Assembly: GCA_049975265.1 (NCBI GenBank)
Contig: JBNGDF010000005.1
Location: 10,220 to 74,219 of the forward strand
Origin: Fidelibacterota bacterium
GTDB lineage: Bacteria > Fidelibacterota > UBA2242
DNA: 64,000 bases
Reading direction: 5' to 3'
Below are positions 51,870 through 61,954 of this stretch, piece by piece. A program made the position numbers and the translations under genes. The notes below the pieces were generated by a model, which searched no databases, was not told the DNA's origin, and worked only from the letters and a program-made list of their open reading frames with translations. The stretch's first letter is position 1; each line of letters begins with the position of its first letter.

Positions 51870-52721
51870 ATGGATAACAAGACAACACATTTAAAGCGGC
51901 TCGTGAATATTCGCCACCTGGTACTGGATATGGACGGAACCATTTACAACGGCAGACGGCTGTTTAATTTTACCACTGATTTTTTTAAAAAGCTGGACAA
52001 CCTGGGAATTCGGTACACCTATCTGACGAACAATTCATCGAGAAATGTGTCGCAGTATCTGGAAAAAATCCGCAGCATGAACCTGAAAGGAACCAAAGAG
52101 AATATCTACACATCTTCGCTGGCGACGATTGATTATCTTCAATCCAGGCGACCGGAGCTGCAGAAATTGTATATTCTGGGAACGGAGGGATTGAAAAGGG
52201 AATTTCGGGAATATGGATTTACGGTCGTGGAGACAGACGGCGCTATGGAACCGGACGGCGTAGTGGTCGGTTTTGATACCTCTCTTGATTTTAAGCGCTT
52301 ATGTAAAGCCGGATACTGGATCAAAAGCGGAAAGCCTTTTATAGCGACGCATCCTGATCGCATCTGCCCTACGGATCAACCGACGCTGCTGATTGACTGC
52401 GGGGCTATCTGTGCCGCTCTGAGTTCGGCGACCAGCAGGGCGCCGGATGTGGTGCCGGGTAAGCCCGACCCAGGTATGATTTGGGGAATCATGGAGCGCA
52501 ATAAATTACACAAGGAAGAGGTAGCCATGGTGGGCGATCGCCTCTATACGGATATTGAGATGGCACGCCGAGCCGGGGTGATGGGGATTTTGGTATTGTC
52601 CGGTGAAGCAACGGCGGAGGATGTAAATAACGCCGTCCATCAACCGGACCTGATTGTGGAAAATATCCGGGAACTTGGGGAACTACTGGAACAGAGTCAT
52701 CAGGTGAACAACCGAGAGTGA
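51870..52721 (+). CDS. HAD-IIA (NagD-like) sugar-phosphate phosphatase
   Basis: LVLDMDGTIY (DxDGT motif I), ...YLTNNSS (motif II), ...GKPDP..., MVGDRLYTDI (motif IV). Confidence 0.8.
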   Translation: MDNKTTHLKRLVNIRHLVLDMDGTIYNGRRLFNFTTDFFKKLDNLGIRYTYLTNNSSRNVSQYLEKIRSMNLKGTKENIYTSSLATIDYLQSRRPELQKLYILGTEGLKREFREYGFTVVETDGAMEPDGVVVGFDTSLDFKRLCKAGYWIKSGKPFIATHPDRICPTDQPTLLIDCGAICAALSSATSRAPDVVPGKPDPGMIWGIMERNKLHKEEVAMVGDRLYTDIEMARRAGVMGILVLSGEATAEDVNNAVHQPDLIVENIRELGELLEQSHQVNNRE

Positions 52722-52754
52722 TACTGTAGTGATTTAGATTACAGGAGACATCAG

Positions 52755-54143
52755 ATGATCTTTAGCAGGCTGTTCAATTTTTTAAAGGTGGCACCGGATG
52801 TACCGCCGATTACCGATGAGCACGTGATGCGGAAACAGTACAAATACTGGCGTTTCCGGGTCATGTATGTCATGATGTTCGGCTATATGGGCTACTACTT
52901 TGTGCGTAAGAGTCTGGCGGTGGCGATGCCGGTTATCGAGCAGGAGTTTAATATTCCCAAGGCACAGCTGGGTCTGATTCTGACGGCGTTTGGGATTACC
53001 TATGGGGTCTCAAAATTTATCAACGGTTTTGCGGGTGACCGCACGAATCCGCGCTACTTCATGGCGTTGGGCTTGATCTGTTCGGCGCTGATCAATGTGT
53101 TTTTCGGACTGAGCAGCGGTATTATTACATTCGGTGTGTTCTGGATTTTAAACGGCTGGTTTCAGGGAATGGGCTGGGCACCCTGCAGCAAAACGCTGGT
53201 CAATTGGTATGCCGCCCTGGAGCGCGGCGTCCGGTTTTCCATCACCAACACCGCCTGTTCCATCGGAGCTTCGGGAGTCGTCTTTTTAAACGGTTTTCTG
53301 ATTGTCCGCTACGGCTGGCGCTCCTGCTTTTTTGTGCCGGCGGGGATTGCCTTGCTGGCGGCGCTTTTTATTTTGAATCGTCTGCGCGACCGTCCGCAAT
53401 CGCTGGGTCTGCCGCCGGTGGAGGAATATGTAGGCGAGGAAGCCGATATCAGCGATTCAAAAGATGGGCAAAACGTCTCATATAAAAAGGTTGTGGTTCA
53501 GTACATTTTCAAAAATCCGGGAATGTGGATCGTCAGTATTGCCAACTTTTTTGTCTATGTGATCCGCTATGCGATTCTGGATTGGGGTACCACCTTTCTG
53601 ACGGAGTCAAAGGGCGTGGATATTACCCAGGCGGCGGGGATTGTCGGTGGCTATGAACTGGCGGGATTAGCCGGTATGCTGGTCGGCGGCTGGGCTATGG
53701 ACAAGCTGTTTAGAGGCTACGGCGGACGGACCTGTGGAATTTATATGGCGTTATGTACCCTTTTTATTTATCTGTTCTGGAAATTGCCGGTACAATCGGT
53801 GATTCTCAATGGAGCACTTATCTGGGGTACAGGATTTATGATTTATGGTCCGCAGTGTCTGGTAGCGGTTATCGCTGTCAACATGGTGCCGAAAAGCGCC
53901 GGTGCGGCAGCGGTGGGACTGACCGGTCTGTTTGGCTATTTAAGTACGATTCTTTCCGGTTGGGGGCTTGGTTTGGTAGTTGACAATTTCGGATGGGATA
54001 CCGGCTTTATGGTATTGGTCCTGTCATCTCTGGCGGCGATGTTCTGTTTTATTTTGTTGTGGAACCGGAATCCACATCTGCCGGGTTCCAAAGCGCATAC
54101 AGAGCATGAAAATAATAAATTGAGAAACCGGAGTGCCAGATAG
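52755..54143 (+). CDS. MFS transporter, organophosphate:Pi antiporter (GlpT/UhpT) family
   Basis: 12-TM MFS protein. N-terminal GYMGYYFVRKSLAVAMPVI...GLILTAFGITYGVSKFINGFAGDR resembles GlpT/UhpT. Confidence 0.8.
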   Translation: MIFSRLFNFLKVAPDVPPITDEHVMRKQYKYWRFRVMYVMMFGYMGYYFVRKSLAVAMPVIEQEFNIPKAQLGLILTAFGITYGVSKFINGFAGDRTNPRYFMALGLICSALINVFFGLSSGIITFGVFWILNGWFQGMGWAPCSKTLVNWYAALERGVRFSITNTACSIGASGVVFLNGFLIVRYGWRSCFFVPAGIALLAALFILNRLRDRPQSLGLPPVEEYVGEEADISDSKDGQNVSYKKVVVQYIFKNPGMWIVSIANFFVYVIRYAILDWGTTFLTESKGVDITQAAGIVGGYELAGLAGMLVGGWAMDKLFRGYGGRTCGIYMALCTLFIYLFWKLPVQSVILNGALIWGTGFMIYGPQCLVAVIAVNMVPKSAGAAAVGLTGLFGYLSTILSGWGLGLVVDNFGWDTGFMVLVLSSLAAMFCFILLWNRNPHLPGSKAHTEHENNKLRNRSAR

Positions 54144-54616
54144 TGGGAAAGCGGTTAAAAATTGCGATTGACTGTGACGATGCGGCAACGGACCTGAAAA
54201 AAGTTATTTATGAGCATTTGAAGACATCTGGTGTTGATATTACCGATTTGAATTATGGAGCGGGGCGTGACGCCATGTATCCGGAGATCGGCTATCATCT
54301 GGCTCTGAAAATCCAGACCGGCGAATATGATCGGGGAATTTTAATTTGTGGTACCGGTTTGGGAATGGCGATTATCGCCAATAAGGTCGAAGGTGTGTAT
54401 GCCGGTGTTTGTCACGATGTTTATTCGGCTGAACGTCTGAGAAAGAGCAACAAGGCCCAAATATTGACCATGGGAGCGCGGGTCATCGGCAGCGAGTTGG
54501 CAAAAATGATTGTGGATGCATGGTTGCACTCCGAATTTAGCGGCGGTCACTCACAACCCAAAGTAGACCAGATCAAAGCTCTGGAAAGACGCTCTTTTCT
54601 TTCGAAAGCGTTATAA
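54143..54616 (+). CDS. RpiB/LacA/LacB-family sugar-phosphate isomerase
   Basis: MGKRLKIAIDCDDAA...GILICGTGLGMAIIANKVEGVYAGVCHD matches the RpiB fold motifs. Start codon overlaps the transporter stop. Confidence 0.8.
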   Translation: MGKRLKIAIDCDDAATDLKKVIYEHLKTSGVDITDLNYGAGRDAMYPEIGYHLALKIQTGEYDRGILICGTGLGMAIIANKVEGVYAGVCHDVYSAERLRKSNKAQILTMGARVIGSELAKMIVDAWLHSEFSGGHSQPKVDQIKALERRSFLSKAL

Positions 54617-54698
54617 TTTATAACAATTATTTCTTTTGTTTATACCCTGAGCCCGTTTTATGGATTTGCTGTCAGGGTAATTCTACATGTAGAACATT

Positions 54699-55636
54699 TC
54701 AAGATATCTTTAATAATTCTCTTGCACCGATATCATCGATGACTAAAGAGTTGATCAGATTACCGTGAATGGCGGCGGCAAGAGCCTCCGCCCGATTTGC
54801 GCCGCTGGTAACGGCGATGACCTGAGGGATCCTTTTTAACTGTTCCATGCTGATTCCGATGACCCGATTGCGATATTCGGTATCACACTCTTCGCCATCC
54901 CGGTTAAAAAAGTGACCACAGATTTCGCCCACAACCCCCTTATTGATCAGGTAGTTTATATCGTTGGTTTTCAGAAAGTCGCGGTCGTAAAACACCGAAT
55001 TGCCGTGAACGCCAATACCGACAAAGGCAAGATCGGCGCTGTCCATACGGGATAATACGAATTTGATCTGATCGTGTGAGACAAAGGCTTCGTAGGTCTG
55101 ACTATTGGTGGTGATGGCCGGGGCTTGCAGGCGTAGAAATTGCCCGCTCCAGCGCTTGGCGAGTTTCCGAGTGATTTCAATGGCATCGTCTTCTTTGATA
55201 TGGGTGCTGATATCGCCCATCGCTTGAATGAAAGTTACGCCGGAACTGTTGGCCGGGTGCATGTTTTCGCTTAGGCTGTAAATATGACGTCCGGCAGCGA
55301 CACAGACAATGTTATTCGGTTTAATCAGTTTGGATATAAGCGGTCCGGCGAAATGCCCCAACGCATGCCGGCGGTTTTCCTCGCTGGTGCTGGCAGCGCT
55401 TTTGATGACAATTGCGAAATCCAGGTGATATTTGATTTTGAGATTTTGTTCGAGTTCTTTATCCTGAGCGGAAAAGGGTTTTACGGTGATCTGAACGATC
55501 CCACGCCGGCGCGCTTCCTCCAGGAGTCGGGAAACGGTGGCTTGGGACACCCCGGCTAGTTCCGAAACCTTTGCCTGCCCCAATTTCTCTACATAGTAGA
55601 GAGTCGAAACTAAGAGTAAAAGGTCATCTGAGACAT
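54699..55636 (-). CDS. SorC/CggR-family transcriptional regulator (locus 2), paralog of 28100..29031
   Basis: HTH DDLLLLVSTLYYVEKLGQAKVSELAGVSQATVSRLLEEARRRG plus a C-terminal sugar-binding domain. The track ORF's N-terminal 45 aa (to 55778) look like translated AT-rich spacer. The candidate ATGs at 55636 and 55627 are 1 nt out of frame, in the same ATG-N3-TTTTAC context as locus 1. Confidence 0.6.
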
Positions 55637-55754
55637 TAATTTTAATAGTGCACCCGATTTCAAATTGATTATAACACCAATAATCAGTTATTACTGCCTT
55701 TAAAATAATATAGTTGGAATATTTATACAAATAAAAAGAGGAAATTAGCAAAAG

Positions 55755-55777
55755 TGAAAAATCAGGCAGATTTTTCA
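55755..55777. promoter_or_regulatory. Perfect 9-bp inverted repeat TGAAAAATC-aggca-GATTTTTCA between SorC-2 and TonB receptor 2; candidate operator
   Basis: Read directly from the sequence. Shares the TGAAAAAT core with the locus-1 intergenic inverted repeat. Confidence 0.35.
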
Positions 55778-56023
55778 ATCAAGGGTAGAATAATAGGTAG
55801 CTTTCAATGAATTGGTAAAAAAACTGTTGACTTTTAGGATAAAAGATTGCATACTACACATAGAATTAATATTTATGAATAATTATTCTTATGGTATTAA
55901 TAATTCCCCGCAAACTCGAGATAAGTAAAAATTCTTTTATTGTGTTCGCAAAGGTGACTTCCTGAAACCTACCCAGATATCTTGACATGAATAAAAAATA
56001 TTTTCAATCAGTTGGAGTGGTGA

Positions 56024-58735
56024 ATGAGTAAAAATATCGGATACGCTGCTTTGGTTTTCATTGCCCTGTTCCAGTTTGGCTTTTCCGGGACTACCGGGAA
56101 AATCAGCGGAAAAATCGTGGACGGTACGACGGGCGATCCGATTATTGGAGCCAATATCTATCTTCAAAACACAGACTACGGCGCCGTTTCCGACGCTGAA
56201 GGTAGCTACTTCATCATCAATATCCCACCGGGTACGTACGATATTGTCTGCTCCTTTATCGGTTATGAGAAAACGATCTATACCGGTGTGGTGGTTAACC
56301 TGGACCGGACGACCACAGTCAATTTTACTATCAAGCCGCAAACCATACAGGGCAAAGAGGTGGTGGTGGTTGGTCAACGTACCCTGGTCGAAATGGACCG
56401 GACCAACTCAGCGGCGTATGTTTCTTCCGAGAACATCGAGACGATGCCGGTCCAGGAAGTCGATGATCTCATTCAGCTGCAGACCGGTGTTGTCAGGGAT
56501 GCCTCCGGTGCATTTCATATTCGGGGCGGGCGTGCCGGTGAAATTGCCTATCTGATTGACGGTGTGGCGGTTACTGACCAGTATAACGGCGGCAGCTCGA
56601 TTGGTCTGGAAAACAGCTGGGTTCAGGAATTGCAGGTGATCAGCGGTACCTTTAACGCCGAATACGGGCAGGCGCAATCGGGCATTGTAAATATTGTGAC
56701 AAAAGAGGGAGCGAAAAAATTTAAGGGCAGAGTGTCGGTCTCAGCGGGTGATTACATATCAGCACACAATGATGTTTTCATGAACATAGACTACCTAAAT
56801 GTCGGCGAAAAGGACCTGAATTTTAACCTTCAGGGACCATTGCCGGTTTTACCACAGGGGTCTTTTTATACATCCACCCGTTATTATCAGACCGACGGCT
56901 GGTTGTACGGTCAGCGCCGCATCAGGATTGAAGATACGGTGCCGATCCAGGCATTTATGAACGAGGCGTATAAAACCGAAACTGAGGACCAGAGATTGTA
57001 CGGCATTAAAGTACCTGACTCGCTAATGACCGGTGACGGAGCCTACATCCCGTTAAACGGAAAAGAGAAATTCTCCATTTACGGTAAGCTAACGACCAAA
57101 CTAGGTTCAGCCAAGCTTAACTATTCGCTTTTTTACAACGATGATGAAAGTAAAAGCTACAGCGATGCCCGCCGGTATGCACCCGATGGAGTACGGACCA
57201 ATTACGGTACCAGTTTTAACCACCTATTCAGTCTGAATCATGTATTGAGCAACAGTACGTTTTATACGTTGAATTTTACAAATTATTCTAAAAATACCCA
57301 GGCTTACCTCTTTAAGGATCCCCTGGATCCACGGTATCAGGGATCTCCTTATTCAACGGACGGTTTTTATTTCGGCGGAACCCAGAACGGTCGTTACGAT
57401 ATAACCCGTTCGGCATTATCCCTTAAACTGGACCTGACCAGCCAAATCAATACGGCAAATCAGATTAAAGGTGGATTTGAATTTAAACAACATAATTTGG
57501 ACTATTTTATCCAGGAGACCGTAGCCGAAGGACCGGTGTATGAAAAAGCGCATCTAAAACTACCAATTCGTGAGACCACGATGTTTAACCAGTATGTTGT
57601 CAAGCCCCGGGAAGCAGCAGTCTACCTCCAGGATAAAATGGAGCTCATTGAGATCATTATGAATATCGGTCTGCGGTATGATTATTGGGATCCGAATGCG
57701 TTAGTTCCCGACAGTCTGCGAGCCCCGGCGGATTCCGGTACGATTTGGCTCGGATCACCGCTTTCCGATGCAAAAACCAGATCACAAATCAGCCCCCGCT
57801 TCGGATTGGCATTCCCAATCTCCAATGAAGGTGTTGTGCACACTTCTTACGGTCATTTTTTTCAGCTGCCGCGTTTCGAATATATTTATAATAATTATGA
57901 GTACGAAATCGAACTCGGTAAATTGAAAACCAAGATGGGTAACCCGAATTTGAAACCGGAAAAAACAGTCTGTTATGAAGTGGGCTTACAGCAACAGCTG
58001 ATGGGAATTTTCGCACTGGACTTAACCATCTATTATAAGGACATTACAAACCTTTTAAGTCAGGAAATTATTTCGACCATTGATGACAAAGCCTACGCGC
58101 GGTTCATCAATCGAGACTACGGCAATGTAAAGGGATTTACACTGTCCTTTAAAAAGGGGTATGGTTATAACGATTTTGTGTCGGCTTCGGTGGATTATAC
58201 CTATCAGGTCGCCCGGGGCAATGCTTCAGACCCGAATGCCGTCTTTCTGGATTTTCAATCGGACCCGCCGAAGGAGACCGAAAAGCAGGTATTACCGTTA
58301 GATTGGGATCAGACCCACACGTTTAATGCCTCGATAGCCGTCGGGAATCCCTCGGATTGGAACCTGGGAATAATCGGACGGTATGCAACTGGTCAGCCCT
58401 ATACCCCCGTGAGTCCGGGAAGTGCACTGTCAACCCAGTTTGAAAACAGCGACCGCAAGCCGGTAACCTATAATATTGATATGACTTTTTATAAGTATTT
58501 ATCGGTAATGAATTATAAAGTCAAACTGTTTTGCAAAGTATTCAACCTGACCGATCGGTTGAATGAGATCACCGTTTATGAAGGTACGGGACGCGCCGGT
58601 TACACCTATCGAACCATGGCAACTTACCATTTGTTGCAGAAGAACCCGAATTTTACAATTGAAGAGATTGATCTCCGTCCGGATTACTATTCTGAACCAC
58701 GGCGCGTACTGATCGGTTTAGCTGTTGATTTTTAG
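56024..58735 (+). CDS. TonB-dependent outer-membrane receptor (CarboxypepD_reg + plug + barrel), locus 2, intact
   Basis: Signal peptide. GKISGKIVDGTTGDPIIGANIYLQN...GTYDIVCSFIGYE (carboxypeptidase-regulatory-like), plug domain, 22-strand-size barrel. C-terminal ...VLIGLAVDF. Colinear with the locus-1 receptor. Confidence 0.85.
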   Translation: MSKNIGYAALVFIALFQFGFSGTTGKISGKIVDGTTGDPIIGANIYLQNTDYGAVSDAEGSYFIINIPPGTYDIVCSFIGYEKTIYTGVVVNLDRTTTVNFTIKPQTIQGKEVVVVGQRTLVEMDRTNSAAYVSSENIETMPVQEVDDLIQLQTGVVRDASGAFHIRGGRAGEIAYLIDGVAVTDQYNGGSSIGLENSWVQELQVISGTFNAEYGQAQSGIVNIVTKEGAKKFKGRVSVSAGDYISAHNDVFMNIDYLNVGEKDLNFNLQGPLPVLPQGSFYTSTRYYQTDGWLYGQRRIRIEDTVPIQAFMNEAYKTETEDQRLYGIKVPDSLMTGDGAYIPLNGKEKFSIYGKLTTKLGSAKLNYSLFYNDDESKSYSDARRYAPDGVRTNYGTSFNHLFSLNHVLSNSTFYTLNFTNYSKNTQAYLFKDPLDPRYQGSPYSTDGFYFGGTQNGRYDITRSALSLKLDLTSQINTANQIKGGFEFKQHNLDYFIQETVAEGPVYEKAHLKLPIRETTMFNQYVVKPREAAVYLQDKMELIEIIMNIGLRYDYWDPNALVPDSLRAPADSGTIWLGSPLSDAKTRSQISPRFGLAFPISNEGVVHTSYGHFFQLPRFEYIYNNYEYEIELGKLKTKMGNPNLKPEKTVCYEVGLQQQLMGIFALDLTIYYKDITNLLSQEIISTIDDKAYARFINRDYGNVKGFTLSFKKGYGYNDFVSASVDYTYQVARGNASDPNAVFLDFQSDPPKETEKQVLPLDWDQTHTFNASIAVGNPSDWNLGIIGRYATGQPYTPVSPGSALSTQFENSDRKPVTYNIDMTFYKYLSVMNYKVKLFCKVFNLTDRLNEITVYEGTGRAGYTYRTMATYHLLQKNPNFTIEEIDLRPDYYSEPRRVLIGLAVDF

Positions 58736-58790
58736 AGCAAATCGTCTTGAATTTTCCTTAAAATTAAATGCGAAGGTGTAATTGAACATA

Positions 58791-61700
58791 TGACGGGAAA
58801 GAAAAAATCAAACAAATATGGGCGGTGTCTCGCAATACTGCTGATATCACTACTCTAGACCTGGACCGGTATATTTGCCGGTAATGAACATCGCCGGTCG
58901 GGAATCCACAACGGAAATCTGGTCAACACCCGCTTTTCCAATTTTGGGAATTTGGGTGACCGGTATAAATCGCCGCAAATGGAGTGGCCGAAAGGGACCG
59001 GATATACTTACGGTTTTGAGTTTATCATGGCTGCCGGAGGCGAAGTGGTGGATTCTGCGGGTTTCACGGTTCAGATTGTTTCCGAGAGCTATACACATCC
59101 GACCTCGCATGACATTTCACCCGATGGTACGCATCTCTGGAACTGGCAGCCTCTGCCAGGCTATTTCGAAGAGGATATCACAATTAATAAAGATGAATTT
59201 CCGGCAATGAGTCATAAATCGGAAACCTGGCCTAAATCCTGGCCGCATGATTATCCCGGTAATCCCGGTACTCGTGCTGGGCGTTGGAATGGTGAATTTG
59301 GTGCCTATGTTCGGGCGGATCAAGAGAGCTATTATGTGATTGATGATCGGGATAATGACGAATACGGCTATTTTCCATTCATTGGCAGTGCAATTGATTC
59401 CGGTGGCTGGTATACAGGCGGGCGCCGGGGACTTGGTCTCAAAGTAAAAGTGCGTGGATATCAATGGGCGGCTGTAGCAGCTGAGGATATTCTGATTGTC
59501 CGCTACGACTTTGAAAACTACAGTCATAAGGATTTACCGAAAGTTGTTTTTGGTATGTATGCCGATGTGATGGTGGGCGGCTCCGGTGATTCCGGTGATG
59601 ATTTAGCCTATTTTGACCTGGTTGATGATATTACCTACTGTTGGGATGCCGATGGTTTAGATATTAAAGGTCGCACGGGGATCGGTTACTTCGGATACGC
59701 CTTTTTAGAGAGTCCCGGTGATCCGCTTAATGGTCTCGATGATGACCAGGATGGTCTGATTGATGAAGAACAGGATAATGATCGAGGCAGTTATATATAA
59801 GGTCCGGTTGGAAAATTTGCTGAGGGCAATGTGTGGCATTGGTCTGGTGACGAGGATGGTGATTGGCGCAGCTATGAAGACGCCAACGGCAACGGACAAT
59901 GGGATTATGGGGAGTTTATTGGTGACGATGTCGGCTCGGACGGAATTGGTCCCTACGACTACGATTATCCAGGTCCGGATACCGACGGAACAGAAGCCAA
60001 TGGAATGCCGGATCAGGGAGAACCGAATTTCGGTAAAACTGATAATAATGAATCCGATCAGATCGGCTTGACCAGTTTTGTACTTAACAACGCCACCAAC
60101 ATGAAGGATGACCTCAGGGCATGGCGGTTCTTCCAACTGGGCTTGATTTCGACTCCTCCGGTTACAAACCTGGCGTTTTTCTATGGTTCGGGATATTTTT
60201 CCTTACCTAAAGAATGGAACCAGAAAATTTGCCATTGCAAATCTGTTCGGAAATGACTTTGAGGATATTTTAAAGAATAAGCGCACGATGCAGAAAATTT
60301 ATGATGCCGATTATAACTTTACAAAGCCGCCGCTGAAACCCAATGTCCGCGCTGTAGCACGGGACAGGAAAGTCATTTTGACCTGGGATAAGATGGCGGA
60401 ACTTTCCATCGATCCGATTTACGGTTCTGACTTCGAGGGCTATCTGGTCTACCGATCCACCGATCCCTCTTTTAACGACGTCAAAACAATTACCGATGCT
60501 TACGGTAATGAGCTCTACTGGGAACCGATTGCCCAGTTTGACAAAGCCGACGGGCTGAGCGGCTTGCATCCGATTACGATTGAGGGTACGGGAGCTCATT
60601 TTCACATGGGAGATGACAGCGGCTTACAGTACCATTATATTGACAGCACAGTGGAAAACGGGCGGCGCTATTTTTACGCTGTCTGTTCCTATGATAAAGG
60701 GTATGACGAGGATTTTTACGAGCGGGGTTTGTCGTCGGTGGCATCGCTTGCACCGGTTTACCCCACCGAATGCAGTAAAATCATTCAGATTGATGCGTTG
60801 GGGGAAGTGGAGTATGTGGATATCAATTGCGCCGTAGTGACTCCCAATGCCGGCAGCGCCGGTTATATTGAAGGGGGCATGGTGGCTGACTACGAGCACG
60901 TCGGTCTGGCGACCGGCTATCTGGATGTGGTGTTTGCTATCCCCGATGACGTTCAGGATGGACATCGTTATGAAGTAACCTTTTCTGATACCACCGGCGG
61001 TCGCTTCACCAACGGTATCTGCATCCGGGATTTAACGGATAATGAGATTATCTATAAGAATGACTGTTACGATGAATTTGATATCAGAAGGGAAGTCCGA
61101 GAAGGTATGCGTTTTGATTTTTACAACGATTCTTCCTACGTGACCGAGCACGGCTGGCTGGTGGGGAATTGTAATCTGCCCTATCGTGTTGGTCTAACCA
61201 GCGATAACGCCAAGCGCCGCACGCTGCCGGAAGATATTGAGATTCGGATTCTGGGAGATAATGCCGACACTTCGTTCTACAATCCACTGGACACTGAATC
61301 CAACCGCCCGGTAAATTTTCAGGTCTGGAGCACCACCTACAACCGCAAGCTGGATTTTGCTTTTTATGAATATGTTCATAAGGACAACCGTCTTAATGGC
61401 GGCGATCAGATCAGTATTTGTCATGAAATTCAGAATTTCGGCACCGCTTCGAAGGTTGCCTGGATTTTCAAACTGGATACCGTCGAAAATGCGATTGACC
61501 CGGAATATGGTGATATATTTTACTTTAAGGTGACCAAGCCATTCAATGCCGATGACACCATCCGTTTTATAACGCACGGATCAAAGATAGACAAAAAGCA
61601 GGCGAAAGCGGACCTGGATGATATTTACGTAGTTCCCGATCCCTATGTGGTCAGTGCCCCCTGGGAAAAGCCGCTATTTTTTACCAGTGGCAGGGGCGAA

Positions 61701-61928
61701 CGGCGCATTGATTTTGTCAATTTGCCGTCGGAATGTATGATTCGTATCTATACGGTTTCAGGAAAACTGGTCAAGACTCTCAGGCATTCGGCGCAGATGT
61801 CCATGGGTGCCGAATCATGGGACTTGGTGTCGGAAGACGGGCTGACGGTGGCATACGGCATATATGTCTATCATGTGGAGGCTCCCGGAATCGGTTCGAA
61901 AGTGGGCAAATTTGCTTTAATAAAGTAA
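58791..61928 (+). pseudogene. Decayed paralog of the large Ca-binding T9SS cargo (locus 2): four disruptions
   Basis: 1. ATG at 58791 is 1 nt out of frame with the signal peptide (A6 run 58802-58807). 2. In-frame TAG 58856-58858 between signal peptide and mature region. 3. In-frame TAA 59798-59800 (GSYI*GPVGKF versus locus-1 GNYIFGSIGNF). 4. Frameshift near 60180-60256 (track ORFs 58952..59800, 59831..60256, 60183..61928). The T9SS sorting-domain tail ...IRIYTVSGKLVKTL...KVGKFALIK is retained. Confidence 0.7.
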
Positions 61929-61954
61929 CGGTGCATGATTGGATTGAGGATTCT

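Noticed and set aside
54681-54694. Perfect 14-bp palindrome TTCTACATGTAGAA between the convergent RpiB and SorC-2 genes
   Set aside because: It is isolated and too short to form a stable terminator hairpin, with no U-tract. It could be a protein-binding site, but there is no supporting context.
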